Source: Oceanospirillaceae bacterium
Lineage (GTDB): Bacteria; Pseudomonadota; Gammaproteobacteria; Pseudomonadales; Balneatricaceae
Length of the DNA stretch: 64,000 nt
Direction: 5' to 3'
Assembly: GCA_003523085.1 (NCBI GenBank)
Contig: DPHD01000024.1
Location: 2,046 to 66,045 of the forward strand
How positions within the stretch are numbered: the stretch's first letter is position 1; each line of letters opens with the position of its first letter. Below are positions 9,687 to 18,945 of the stretch, in pieces. Position numbers and translations under genes: made by a program. Under the pieces are notes generated by a model. The model was not told the DNA's origin, made no database searches, and saw nothing but the letters and a program-made list of their open reading frames with translations.

Positions 9687-11015
9687 TTAACCTTGGGGTT
9701 GCACAGGGTGAGTGAATAACTGCGCGACGGCTTCGGGATTAGAGGGGAAGAACAAGTGCAGATAACTGGCGGTAAGGCCTTGCTGCCTAAAAATAGCCTC
9801 ACCGGGTGCCGGATGGCGCTGGCGTTTGCCATGGGCAACAGGCGCTGGGGTGTTTTGGCTACGCGAGCGATGATGGGCATGGGCGCGTACCTCACCTTCT
9901 GGTAGCATGGCCGCCTGCATGCCTTGGCAGCCGCGTTTACCACGCATGGCGCCTTGGCCTGCTAAAATACCGGCCATGGAATAGGTTTTTTCATCGAGAT
10001 CGGTGAGGCTTTCTAGGCAGTATAAAAATCCACCGCATTCTGCCAAAATAGGCTTATTATCCGCATTAAAGTCGCTAACCTCCTTTAACATGCTGCTATT
10101 ATTTGCCAATTCCTTGGCATGTAGCTCTGGGTATCCACCGGCAAACCACAAGGCGTCCACTTTTGGAAGGTGGGCGTCTTTAATGGGAGAAAAGTAATGC
10201 AGCTCGGCCCCCATGGCTTCTAATAAACGGGTGTTAGCACTATAGATAAAGCTAAAGGCGGCATCTTTGGCAATGCCAATTTTGGTGCCCGCTAACAGCT
10301 TTTTAGGGGCGGCAATGTCTTGGCTGGCAAAAGCGACAGACGGCGGCAAGTCGCAAATAGCTTGCCCACCTAACCATGCTTTACCCAAGTTAAAGCGCAC
10401 CTCTAATTCATCACGTACTTCTTCGGCTTGCACTAAGCCTAAATGGCGCTCGGGTAGCGATACTTCTGGGTCGCGAGCCAGATTGGCCAACAATGGCATG
10501 CGGCCATCTAGGGCGTCTGTAATGAGTTGCGCATGGCGCTGTGTGCCACAGCTATTAGCAACGAGGCCATAAAAGTCAACATCATCGCGAAAGTTCGCTA
10601 AACCTAAGGCTACGGCGGCAGCGGTTTGGGCCATGCCTTTCACGTCCATCACTAAGGCGACGGGAATATTAAAGGTCACGGCTAAGTCTGCACTGGACGG
10701 TTCGCCATCGAATAAACCCATGGCACCTTCGACTAAAATAAGGTCGGCCTCTTGAGCAGCAAGGTAAAACTGGTGGCGGCAATACTCTGTACCTGCCATC
10801 CACAAGTCGAGTTGCGTGACGGGCTGGCCGGAGGCTTGTTGTAGAATTTGTGGGTCTAAGTAATCGGGCCCCATTTTAAACACCCGCACCTTACGCCCAA
10901 GGTCACGGTGATAGCGAGCGAGGGCGGCGGTGATGGTGGTTTTACCTTGGCCAGACGCAGGCGCCGCTAGGAATAGCGCCGGGCAGTGGGCTACGGCGGG
11001 TGTTAGAGCTGTCAT
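9687..11015 (-). CDS. cobB: cobyrinate/hydrogenobyrinate a,c-diamide synthase
   Basis: SGQGKTT, FKMGPDYLDP, EGAMGLFDG, PERHLGL, GGYPE, AECGG and SYLH motifs. Confidence 0.93.
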   Translation of the reverse strand: MTALTPAVAHCPALFLAAPASGQGKTTITAALARYHRDLGRKVRVFKMGPDYLDPQILQQASGQPVTQLDLWMAGTEYCRHQFYLAAQEADLILVEGAMGLFDGEPSSADLAVTFNIPVALVMDVKGMAQTAAAVALGLANFRDDVDFYGLVANSCGTQRHAQLITDALDGRMPLLANLARDPEVSLPERHLGLVQAEEVRDELEVRFNLGKAWLGGQAICDLPPSVAFASQDIAAPKKLLAGTKIGIAKDAAFSFIYSANTRLLEAMGAELHYFSPIKDAHLPKVDALWFAGGYPELHAKELANNSSMLKEVSDFNADNKPILAECGGFLYCLESLTDLDEKTYSMAGILAGQGAMRGKRGCQGMQAAMLPEGEVRAHAHHRSRSQNTPAPVAHGKRQRHPAPGEAIFRQQGLTASYLHLFFPSNPEAVAQLFTHPVQPQG

Positions 11016-11605
11016 TAAAATTCAATGCCGGCTTGAGCTTTTACGCCTTTACGGAAGGCATGACCATCGTCTTTTACAGTACTGATAGTGTCGGCGTAAT
11101 CAACCAGCGCTTCTGGCATGACTCGGCCAGTAATAATCACCGTTTGGTGGTGGGGGCGGTTAGCTAAAGCCTCTAATACAGGCTCCAGGGGTAAGTAGTT
11201 ATACTTGAACACATAAGCCATTTCATCCAGCACCAACATGTCGATGCTCGGGTCTTGCAATAGACCTTGGGTGATGCCCCATGCTTGCTCGGCGGCCGCA
11301 ATGTCGTTGGCTTTGTCTTTGGTTTCCCAAGTAAAACCGTGGCCCATTACGTGCCAGTCTAGGCCTGGGTAGTCTTTAAAAAACTTGTATTCACCGGTTT
11401 CAATGCGGCCTTTTACAAACTGCACTACGGCAGCTTTTTTGCCATGGCCCAAGGTGCGCATCATGGTGCCAAAGGCTGAGCTACTTTTACCTTTGCCGTT
11501 ACCACGCAATAAGATGGTGATGCCGCGTTCTTCTGTGGCTTTAGCAATGCGGGCATCAATGACGGCTTTTTTGGCGGTCATACGTTCTTCATGGGTTTTG
11601 CTCAT
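11015..11605 (-). CDS. cobO: cob(I)yrinic acid a,c-diamide adenosyltransferase (CobO/BtuR)
   Basis: GNGKGKSSSAFG, VQFVKG, GFTW, LDE, ITGR and HAF..GVKAQAGIEF motifs. Confidence 0.95.
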   Translation of the reverse strand: MSKTHEERMTAKKAVIDARIAKATEERGITILLRGNGKGKSSSAFGTMMRTLGHGKKAAVVQFVKGRIETGEYKFFKDYPGLDWHVMGHGFTWETKDKANDIAAAEQAWGITQGLLQDPSIDMLVLDEMAYVFKYNYLPLEPVLEALANRPHHQTVIITGRVMPEALVDYADTISTVKDDGHAFRKGVKAQAGIEF

Positions 11606-13299
11606 TAGACAAGCCTCGCTTGGGATAAGGTTAGGTACTGCGCCTTTAGTGTGTGCGCAATTTGTTGGCCACGGCCACGTTTAATTTGGCCTTGTTCTGT
11701 GTCGACTAAGATGGACTCGCCTTGTAACTGCAGGCCAGATAAATCTTGCTGCACGCGGCCATCGGTAATTATAGTGTTAATGATGCGGGTGGCTGGGTTA
11801 CGCCTAAGTAACCGTGTGGCAAAGTCACTGGCTTGTTGGAGGGCCTGCTTTAACGGGGTACCACCGCCTGCACCAATGTTGTTAAGTAGTGGTGCCATGG
11901 CTTTAGGCGCACGGCCTTGGCTGTATAGCTGCGACACTGTGTCGTTACCAAAACCTAATAACACCAACTGCTGGCGTGCTAAGTAGGCGTGTTGGGCAAT
12001 ACCTGCGACTAAACCTTTGGCTTGACTTTGACCGTCGCCGTGTAAGGTAGATGCGGAGGTGTCGAGTAGGACTAAGTGCATTACTGGGTCGCCACCACGT
12101 TGGCGACGGTAACGTAAATCGATACCCGGGGCTTTATTACGGCCGGCAATTAAACTAGAAAACCAATTGATGCGTTGCGACCACTGGTTGCTGGCTCGGC
12201 CTTGGCCTTGGCCTTGTCGGCCCTTGCTGGCATTGGTTAAAAAGCTGGCTGTGTTATTGGGGTTGGGGGTGACCTCAGCGATGTCACGCAATTGACCGGT
12301 ATTTTGTTTGGTGGGAGCCATTTGTCCCCAGTCTTCTTGTGACTGCCGGTTTTGAGGTTTTGGCTTGCTGTCCTGTGGGCGCTCGAAGGGCGGCGGACTC
12401 GGGGGTGGATTTTGATCAGGGCTGTTGCTGTTGTGGTGGTTACGGCGGTGCATTAATACCAACTCTTCAACCGCATCAATATTGCCTAATGAGACTTCGT
12501 TGGTTTGCTGATACGCGGCGTGGGCTTGAGCGGCGCGCAACCACACTAAGTCGCCCCGCACACCATCAACCTGAGCTGCGACACAGCGCTGCGCTATTTC
12601 GAGGCGCATGGTATCGCTGGCGGTCACATGAGTCAGTTGTTGTTGGGCGTACTCAATGCTGGTGCGCAAGGCCTGTTGTAACTGCGCATAGTCAGCCAAA
12701 AAAGCCTCTGGGTTGGCATCAAACTGTTGCCTGCGGCGTACAATCTCTACTCGCTCTTGGGCGCTGTAGGTGTTTTCTAAGGCCACACCAAAACCAAAAC
12801 GGTCGAGCAGTTGTGGCCGCAATTCACCTTCGTCTGGGTTCATGGTGCCCATCAAGGTGAATTCGGCGGCATGTTGGTGGCTAATGCCGTCACGTTCGAT
12901 ATGATTAACGCCGCTGGCGGCTACGTCGAGTAATAAGTCGACTAAGGCATCGGGTAATAGGTTAACTTCATCAACGTATAGCAAACCCTTATGGGCTTTA
13001 CTTAATAGCCCTGGAGCAAACTGAACTTGTTGTTCGCCCAGCACCTTTTGTAAATCTATAGTGCCGGTCACCATTTCTTCACTGGCCCCTAGGGGTAGGG
13101 TGACTAATTGGCTTAAGTTGGCAATCTTGAGGTCTGCCAGACTACGGGCAAGGGTGGATTTAGCACTGCCACGGGGGCCGCTCACCAGTACGCCACCAAT
13201 GGCGGGGTCTATAGCCAGCAAGGTGAGTGCAAGCTTAACAGGAGCTTGGCCAACTACGGCGCTAAAAGGGAAGTTTGGTTTAAGCATATTGATACCCAT
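11605..13299 (-). CDS. ChlI/ChlD-like AAA+ chelatase subunit with C-terminal vWA domain (putative cobaltochelatase ATPase)
   Basis: FPFSAVVGQ, GPRGSAKST, LYVDEVNLL and MNPDEGELRPQLLDRFG motifs; Pro-rich linker; vWA motifs LLDTSAS, GGGTPL and ITDGR. Start is 13299 or 13287. Confidence 0.85.
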   Translation of the reverse strand: MGINMLKPNFPFSAVVGQAPVKLALTLLAIDPAIGGVLVSGPRGSAKSTLARSLADLKIANLSQLVTLPLGASEEMVTGTIDLQKVLGEQQVQFAPGLLSKAHKGLLYVDEVNLLPDALVDLLLDVAASGVNHIERDGISHQHAAEFTLMGTMNPDEGELRPQLLDRFGFGVALENTYSAQERVEIVRRRQQFDANPEAFLADYAQLQQALRTSIEYAQQQLTHVTASDTMRLEIAQRCVAAQVDGVRGDLVWLRAAQAHAAYQQTNEVSLGNIDAVEELVLMHRRNHHNSNSPDQNPPPSPPPFERPQDSKPKPQNRQSQEDWGQMAPTKQNTGQLRDIAEVTPNPNNTASFLTNASKGRQGQGQGRASNQWSQRINWFSSLIAGRNKAPGIDLRYRRQRGGDPVMHLVLLDTSASTLHGDGQSQAKGLVAGIAQHAYLARQQLVLLGFGNDTVSQLYSQGRAPKAMAPLLNNIGAGGGTPLKQALQQASDFATRLLRRNPATRIINTIITDGRVQQDLSGLQLQGESILVDTEQGQIKRGRGQQIAHTLKAQYLTLSQARLV

Positions 13300-13316
13300 C
13301 GTACCCACCGCACGAT
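13298..13316 (-). promoter_or_regulatory. riboswitch expression-platform hairpin covering the SD and start codon of the first cob gene
   Basis: Minus strand ATCGTGC-GGTGG-GTACGAT forms a 7-bp stem with an SD-like loop and overlaps the ATG at 13299. Confidence 0.6.
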
Positions 13317-13334
13317 TTAGTTTTTAATTACATG

Positions 13335-13466
13335 TTGAGGGCTGGTATCGGACTGAATCGCCTAACGATCCACCGTTGCGGGGGCAGTGTTGGTTCAAGA
13401 CCGGTTTGCCGTAATCTCGTCCACGCTTCCCATTTAACTGCTTGTTCGCCAAACAGCACCACTCAT
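13335..13466 (-). promoter_or_regulatory. cobalamin (B12) riboswitch
   Basis: Minus strand reads GGTGC...GTTAAATGGGAA...CACTGCCCCCGCAACGGT...AGTCCGATACCAGCC (B12 box), directly upstream of the cob operon. Confidence 0.9.
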
Positions 13467-13570
13467 TAGCCACCATTGTAGGCTTATATGGTACAGAATA
13501 ATACGTTTGTGAGGGTGCTAATGTACTGGGAGCGGCTTGGGCGTATTTAATGTCGTCAAGTTGCCACCAA

Positions 13571-13885
13571 TTACAGAAAATCTTTCTGTATTCGGGCAGT
13601 TTGGTGCATGCGCTCGTGTAATACAGCCACTATACCCACCAAGTTGTCGGGCAAATAACGCCAGTAAATATAATGGTGTTGGTAAACGCAAAAATAACCA
13701 CTGACGCCAAATTCCGCACTGATGGGGCGAGAAACAGCCTGCTGTGAAGCTATCTGCTCAAAGCGTTCAAATAGCCCTTTGATGTAGTTTTCAGCTTGTT
13801 CCGATCCCCAGTTTGACAGGCTGTAAATGAAAATTTCATCTATTTGATGACTTGCTCTTTGCAGTAGCTTGTAACCCTTAGACAT
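13571..13885 (-). CDS. parE: ParE/RelE-family toxin
   Basis: YKL...A...IDEI..YS...WG..QA..Y...HYIYW...IVAVLHERM is a ParE pattern; downstream of an antitoxin gene. Confidence 0.88.
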   Translation of the reverse strand: MSKGYKLLQRASHQIDEIFIYSLSNWGSEQAENYIKGLFERFEQIASQQAVSRPISAEFGVSGYFCVYQHHYIYWRYLPDNLVGIVAVLHERMHQTARIQKDFL

Positions 13886-13887
13886 TA

Positions 13888-14142
13888 TTAACGCTTTAGG
13901 TTGCGTTGAATGATATCGTCCGCGGACACAGAAACATAGCTGCTCAAAGGTTCGGAAAATGCCTGTTGAAGCTCAGCCTTTAATTGTAGGAACTGTTGTT
14001 CTTCAAAACGTGATTTGTCTTGGCGGATGAGATCGCGAACGTATTCACTGGTGTTGTCATAACTGCCGTTAGAACCTACGTTGTGCGCTACAAAATCACC
14101 TAAATTGGAATTGAGACGTATGGTCATTGTGGTTTGCGACAT
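13888..14142 (-). CDS. parD: ParD-like ribbon-helix-helix antitoxin
   Basis: MTIRL...FV...V...GSYDNTSEYVRDLIR.D motif; 2 bp from parE. Confidence 0.85.
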   Translation of the reverse strand: MSQTTMTIRLNSNLGDFVAHNVGSNGSYDNTSEYVRDLIRQDKSRFEEQQFLQLKAELQQAFSEPLSSYVSVSADDIIQRNLKR

Positions 14143-14172
14143 AGAATTGAGCCTTATCGATAAGTTGTAACA

Positions 14173-14201
14173 AATATACCTACATATAATTACATGTTCA
14201 A
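14173..14201 (-). promoter_or_regulatory. sigma70 promoter of parDE (TTGAAC-17 bp-TATATT)
   Basis: -35 at 14201-14196 and -10 at 14178-14173, upstream of the parD ATG. Confidence 0.55.
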
Positions 14202-14218
14202 CTCAAGTGGGGAGACCA

Positions 14219-15532
14219 CTATGATTTTCTCACCTGCTTAAGCGCTTTATTGCGTTGCCAGTTATCCCGCCAATCCATAACACGGTACCAAGCGCTGGCA
14301 GCAGGCATATACCATGGGCTGCCGTGGTGATAAAAACGGCGTTGTAATGGAGTTTGTTCGAATACCGAGTGTTGCTGCTGTGGTTGCAGCATTTTTTGGG
14401 CCGCCTTGTGGCCTAAATAGGGCGCCATAGCGACGCCATTGCCACAATACCCCATGGCGTGATAAATGCCCTCGTGGCAACCGATGCTGGGTAATTTGCT
14501 AAAGCTAAAGCCGGTAAACCCGGTCCAGCAATGGCTAATGGGCGTGTCTTTTAAACTAGGAAATATTTCTGCTAATTTGGCTTTAAGGGTAGGTAACGCC
14601 TGCTCTGGGGTGATGGCGTGTAATGCCGCTCGGGAGCCCAGCATAATACGCTTGCCGCAGGGTGTGGGCCGGTAATAACAAAAGCGTTGGCGAGTTTCCA
14701 CCATACAATGGCCGCCAGGCAATAAGGCTTGCACCATTGCTGCGCCAAGTTCTTCGGTGACGATGATGAAACTAGGCACTGGCATCACCCGCTGGGCAAG
14801 GAATTTAGAAACCCTAGTTTGAGTATAGCCATTAGTGGCCATAAGAACCTGCTGGCAGTGTATGTCTTGGCCCTTGATGCTAATACAAAAACCATCCTTT
14901 TGAGGTTGAACGGATTGTACTTTTTGCTCACCAAATATTTGCACTCCAGCTTGTAGCGCCAGTTGTAATAGGCCGTAGTGTAATTTTCTGGGTTGTACTG
15001 AGGCATGGCTTTGGTACATTAAGCCACCAAAATAGAGTTGGGTATCGATGTGCTGAGCCATTTCATTGGCTTCGACCATACGTGCGGCAAAAGGCTCAAT
15101 GGTTTGTAAACCCGCATTAGCGTTGCGCATGGCATCAAAATCTTGTGGCGTCCATGCCGTTCGTAAACGACCACAGGCTTGTAAGTCACAGTCGAGCTTG
15201 TGATCTACAATAAGGCTTTTAGTATAGGCTAGCGAAGCATTGGCTTCTTTGTGTAGTTGCGCGGCGATGTCTGGGCCATAATGTTTTTTGGCATCGGCCA
15301 CAGACACTTTATGACCCGAGCCCAACATACCGCCATTACGCGTGCTGGCTCCAAAACCAATAGCTTCACCATCCAGTACAAGCACCTGACGGCCAGCTTT
15401 GGCCAATGTGAATGCAGCACTTAGGCCGGTAAAACCCGCACCTACCACCACACAATCGGCTTTGGTTGGCGGCACTTCGGTGTTACGATATTGGGGCTGA
15501 TCTTGCCACCAGTAAGGTGAAAATTGGATCAT
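14219..15532 (-). CDS. FAD-dependent oxidoreductase, DAO family (PuuB/OrdL-like amine oxidase)
   Basis: VVVGAGFTGLSAA, GASTRNGG, ATNGYT and GYCGNGV motifs; substrate not determinable. Confidence 0.8.
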   Translation of the reverse strand: MIQFSPYWWQDQPQYRNTEVPPTKADCVVVGAGFTGLSAAFTLAKAGRQVLVLDGEAIGFGASTRNGGMLGSGHKVSVADAKKHYGPDIAAQLHKEANASLAYTKSLIVDHKLDCDLQACGRLRTAWTPQDFDAMRNANAGLQTIEPFAARMVEANEMAQHIDTQLYFGGLMYQSHASVQPRKLHYGLLQLALQAGVQIFGEQKVQSVQPQKDGFCISIKGQDIHCQQVLMATNGYTQTRVSKFLAQRVMPVPSFIIVTEELGAAMVQALLPGGHCMVETRQRFCYYRPTPCGKRIMLGSRAALHAITPEQALPTLKAKLAEIFPSLKDTPISHCWTGFTGFSFSKLPSIGCHEGIYHAMGYCGNGVAMAPYLGHKAAQKMLQPQQQHSVFEQTPLQRRFYHHGSPWYMPAASAWYRVMDWRDNWQRNKALKQVRKS

Positions 15533-15567
15533 TATTCGTCAACATGTTTTTCTATTGAGTCGACACC

Positions 15568-16530
15568 ATGCAACAACTGTATCCAGAACTCAAACCCTAC
15601 CGTGAATTTTTTCTACCGGTAGATCATGGCCACAGCTTGTATGTAGAGCTATGTGGTAATCCCCAAGGTATTCCCGTGGTCGTAGTTCATGGAGGGCCTG
15701 GCGGTGGTTGCGGACCATCATCTCGGCGCTTTTTTGACCCTAGCGATTACCACATTATCTTAATGGACCAGCGGGGTGCAGGTCGCTCTTTGCCCCATGC
15801 CAGTTTGGAAGCCAATACCACGCAGCATTTAATTGGCGACTTTGAGCGCTTGCGTGCAAAACTCGAGATATCGCAGTGGTTATTATTTGGCGGTTCATGG
15901 GGTACTACTCTGGCGCTAGCTTACGCCCAAGCACACCCACAACAGGTGATGGGTCTTATATTGAGGGGTGTTTTTTTAGGGCGACCTAAAGATGTGGATT
16001 GGATCTACGAAGCCGGTGGCGCTAGCCGTATGTTTATCGACAATTGGGCCGGCTTTCAAAAACCCTTGGCACACACTAATGCCGAATCTGAAGGGCAAAT
16101 GGTCAACCGCTATTACCAGTTGCTTACTGGGCCCGATGAACTAAAACGCATGGCCGCAGCTAAAGCCTGGGCTGGCTGGGAAGACAGTATTGCCACCTTG
16201 CAACCTGCACAAAGCAGCGCTGGTGACTATGAGGACGCCCATTTCGACTTAGCATTAGCCCGTATTGAGTGCCATTATTTTGTTAATCAGTGTTTTATTG
16301 AACCTAACCAGCTGTTAAATAATATGCATAAAATAAGCCATATACCGGGTATTATCGTCCACGGCCGATACGACATGATTTGCCCTGCCGAACAAGCTTT
16401 TGAGGTGTATGAGCTGTGGCCGGAAAGCCAGTTGCATATCGTGCGCGACGCTGGGCATTCACAGCAAGAGCCCGGTATCATCGACAACTTGGTGAAAGCC
16501 ACTCGCGAATTTGCCCTTAAATACGCCTAA
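15568..16530 (+). CDS. pip: proline iminopeptidase
   Basis: HGGPGGG, DQRGAGRS, FGGSWG, GRYDMICP and AGHS motifs. Confidence 0.95.
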   Translation: MQQLYPELKPYREFFLPVDHGHSLYVELCGNPQGIPVVVVHGGPGGGCGPSSRRFFDPSDYHIILMDQRGAGRSLPHASLEANTTQHLIGDFERLRAKLEISQWLLFGGSWGTTLALAYAQAHPQQVMGLILRGVFLGRPKDVDWIYEAGGASRMFIDNWAGFQKPLAHTNAESEGQMVNRYYQLLTGPDELKRMAAAKAWAGWEDSIATLQPAQSSAGDYEDAHFDLALARIECHYFVNQCFIEPNQLLNNMHKISHIPGIIVHGRYDMICPAEQAFEVYELWPESQLHIVRDAGHSQQEPGIIDNLVKATREFALKYA

Positions 16531-16544
16531 CGAAATACTAATCT

Positions 16545-16979
16545 ATGAAAGCATTATTACAACGCGTCACGCACGCCCGTGTAGAGGTCGATGGCCAGTG
16601 TATTGGCCAAATTGAACACGGCATTATGCTGCTGTTAGGGGTTGATAAGGGCGATGATCAAGCTAAAGCCGATCAGTTGTTACACAAAGTGCTGCATTAT
16701 CGCTTTTTTGCTGATGACAATGGCAAGATGAACAACAACGTCCAGCAAGTGGCTGGCAGTATACTCATCGTCAGTCAGTTCACCTTAGCCGCAGACACTA
16801 AAAAAGGCTTGCGGCCTGGATTTTCTAGCGCCGCCCCTCCAGCCCTTGGCGAACAGCTATATGACTACTTTGTGGCCCAAGCCAGCGCCAAAACCACCGT
16901 CGCCACCGGCCAGTTTGGTGCCGATATGCAGGTTAGCCTAACCAACGATGGGCCAGTAACCTTTATGTTGGAAGTCTAG
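16545..16979 (+). CDS. dtd: D-aminoacyl-tRNA deacylase
   Basis: [30 protein letters not shown] motifs. Confidence 0.96.
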   Translation: MKALLQRVTHARVEVDGQCIGQIEHGIMLLLGVDKGDDQAKADQLLHKVLHYRFFADDNGKMNNNVQQVAGSILIVSQFTLAADTKKGLRPGFSSAAPPALGEQLYDYFVAQASAKTTVATGQFGADMQVSLTNDGPVTFMLEV

Positions 16980-17021
16980 CGCCTCTCATGCTAGGTAATG
17001 CGCTGCCCTTGGCTGACAAAC

Positions 17022-17252
17022 CTAGGTGCGCCAGTAGTTATTTGCCGAAGCAATCGTCTGGAAGTTGATCGCCACGACTTGAGAAGCAGCAATCAAACTG
17101 GCTGGATCTTCAGCATACATGGGCCTGAGCTTTTGCCTAATATCGTCATCAGGTTGTGTGTACTTAGCACCCATTCTGGACATTTTAATCGCTAATTCGT
17201 AGCCTGATTGAGGGTCAGGTGTGTCTAGGCTGGTGAGCCATATGTCTTGCAT
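17022..17252 (-). CDS. hexameric tyrosine-coordinated heme protein (HTHP) homolog
   Basis: 76 aa, W..SL...PQSGYELAIKMSRM..K.TQPD...R..LR..Y..D...LIA...VVA..FQTIA.AN.YW; matches the Ruegeria pomeroyi HTHP as I recall it. AAGGAG SD precedes ATG 17252. Confidence 0.85.
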   Translation of the reverse strand: MQDIWLTSLDTPDPQSGYELAIKMSRMGAKYTQPDDDIRQKLRPMYAEDPASLIAASQVVAINFQTIASANNYWRT

Positions 17253-17501
17253 TATCTTCTCCTTGATTGTTAATAAGCCGCTGTTGTTATAGGTCTTACT
17301 CTTAGCGGACCCTGTAAGTATGGCAGCCAAAAAACAGTGTGCTCAATATTTTTGTAACTGAGGTTTGGGGGCTCTGCGCATTAATTTACTTTGTAGTATT
17401 GGGTTGTTACCCGCAGTATTTGAGACCGTGTTCATATGGTTGTACTTGAGTGCCTATATTAGTGTTTTTTATTCGTACTCTTTTATTAACCAAGGAGAAT
17501 A

Positions 17502-18062
17502 ATGATGACAAAAGTATTGATGATTACGGGTGACTTTGTAGAAGATTATGAAAACATGGTGCCTTTTCAGGCGTTGATGGCGATGGGCCATGAGGTAGAC
17601 GCGGTGTGCCCAGAAAAGCAAGCAGGCGACACCATCGCCACGGCCATACACGACTTTGAAGGCGACCAAACCTATACCGAGAAAAGGGGTCATAATTTCG
17701 TGTTAAACGCTAGTTTCGCCGATGTTAAAGAAGCATCTTACGATGCTTTATACCTACCTGGTGGGCGTTCCCCAGAATACTTACGAATGAATGCTAGAGT
17801 TATAGAGTTGATTCAACAGTTCGCTGCCAGCAACAAACCCATCGCTTCCGTGTGTCACGGCGCGCAGTTGCTTACTGCGGCCGGCATCATCGAGGGCAAA
17901 AGGGTATCGGCTTATCCTGCGTGTCGCTCGGAAGTAACCATGGCGGGCGCAGAGTATGTGGACCTGTCCATGGACGATGCAGTGACAGATGGCATGTTAG
18001 TCACTGCCCCTGCGTGGCCTGCCCACGCGGTAATGCTCAAGCAGTTTGTTGCGCTATTTTGA
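17502..18062 (+). CDS. DJ-1/PfpI-family protein (glyoxalase/deglycase/protease-like)
   Basis: [29 protein letters not shown] nucleophile and TAPAWPAH motifs; AAGGAG SD. Confidence 0.9.
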   Translation: MMTKVLMITGDFVEDYENMVPFQALMAMGHEVDAVCPEKQAGDTIATAIHDFEGDQTYTEKRGHNFVLNASFADVKEASYDALYLPGGRSPEYLRMNARVIELIQQFAASNKPIASVCHGAQLLTAAGIIEGKRVSAYPACRSEVTMAGAEYVDLSMDDAVTDGMLVTAPAWPAHAVMLKQFVALF

Positions 18063-18088
18063 TGTGATAACTAACCTTAGGTGAAGCT

Positions 18089-18481
18089 ATGTGCCAACTT
18101 TTTATTAAAGCAGACAGTCAAATGTGGACATCAAAGACCAAGTCTTTGAGAATTGATAGTGTTGTGACTTCCATTAGGTTGGAGCATTTCTTCTGGAGTG
18201 TGTTGGAAGAAATTGCATATCGAGATCTCATTACCGTGAATCAAATGATCACTAAGCTGTATTTGGAATCACTTGATGCAGACCATGACATTGGTAACTT
18301 CACCTCTTTTCTAAGGGTATGCTGTTCGCGGTATTTATCACTTATTGCTGACGGTCAGCTGATGCGTGAAGATGCCGTGCCACTTGGCAGCTTGGATGCA
18401 GGCGCGTTACTCAAAAACGAAGCGCAAAGGAATGCGCTGCGTGCTGCCGGTTATGTCACGCCTAGGAGTTTGCTCAGCTAA
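18089..18481 (+). CDS. ribbon-helix-helix domain protein (RHH_4-like regulator)
   Basis: MC.LFI...SLRID.VVTSIRLE.FFW.VLEEIA...NFTSFLRVCC motif. Confidence 0.8.
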   Translation: MCQLFIKADSQMWTSKTKSLRIDSVVTSIRLEHFFWSVLEEIAYRDLITVNQMITKLYLESLDADHDIGNFTSFLRVCCSRYLSLIADGQLMREDAVPLGSLDAGALLKNEAQRNALRAAGYVTPRSLLS

Positions 18482-18498
18482 TGGCGTTATGAAAAGCG

Positions 18499-18924
18499 CT
18501 ATAGGCGTGAAATGACTTGCCCTAGTAATAACAACCACATACAGGCAAGGGTAACAAAGCTCCACATAAAGGTGCGATAGCGCCATTTCACTCGGTTACT
18601 GGTGATGTGTACATAGCTGTGGAGATAGCGGCAAGCGACAAAGAGCCACGCCAACACCACATAAGCGGGCTGAAATAAGTCGGCGGCATACACCAAACCA
18701 ATCAGCGCATAAAACACCATGGGCAAAGCCAGCAAATTATCGTAGTTATTGCTTAACTGGGCCATTTCGGCCGGTATTTCGGCGCCGCTATTAAGTTTAA
18801 AAAACCCCCGTGGTAATAGGCCTTGTTTTGCTACTGTGCGTTTTTTTAACGCCAGCATGACCATGACCACAAGGGTAAGGCCTACGAGTAACAATGGGGG
18901 TAAGAGTAAGTGCAACGGATTCAT
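18499..18924 (-). CDS. MAPEG-family membrane protein
   Basis: Hydrophobic helices with NNY.NL..LP..FY and AW.FV..R..HS.VH motifs. Confidence 0.8.
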   Translation of the reverse strand: MNPLHLLLPPLLLVGLTLVVMVMLALKKRTVAKQGLLPRGFFKLNSGAEIPAEMAQLSNNYDNLLALPMVFYALIGLVYAADLFQPAYVVLAWLFVACRYLHSYVHITSNRVKWRYRTFMWSFVTLACMWLLLLGQVISRL

Positions 18925-18945
18925 CAGGTAACCTCGTTAATGGCA

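Noticed and set aside
11605..13299. Magnesium chelatase as evidence of phototrophy
   Set aside because: It sits in a B12-riboswitch cob operon with no bch or puf genes; a cobalt chelatase role fits better.
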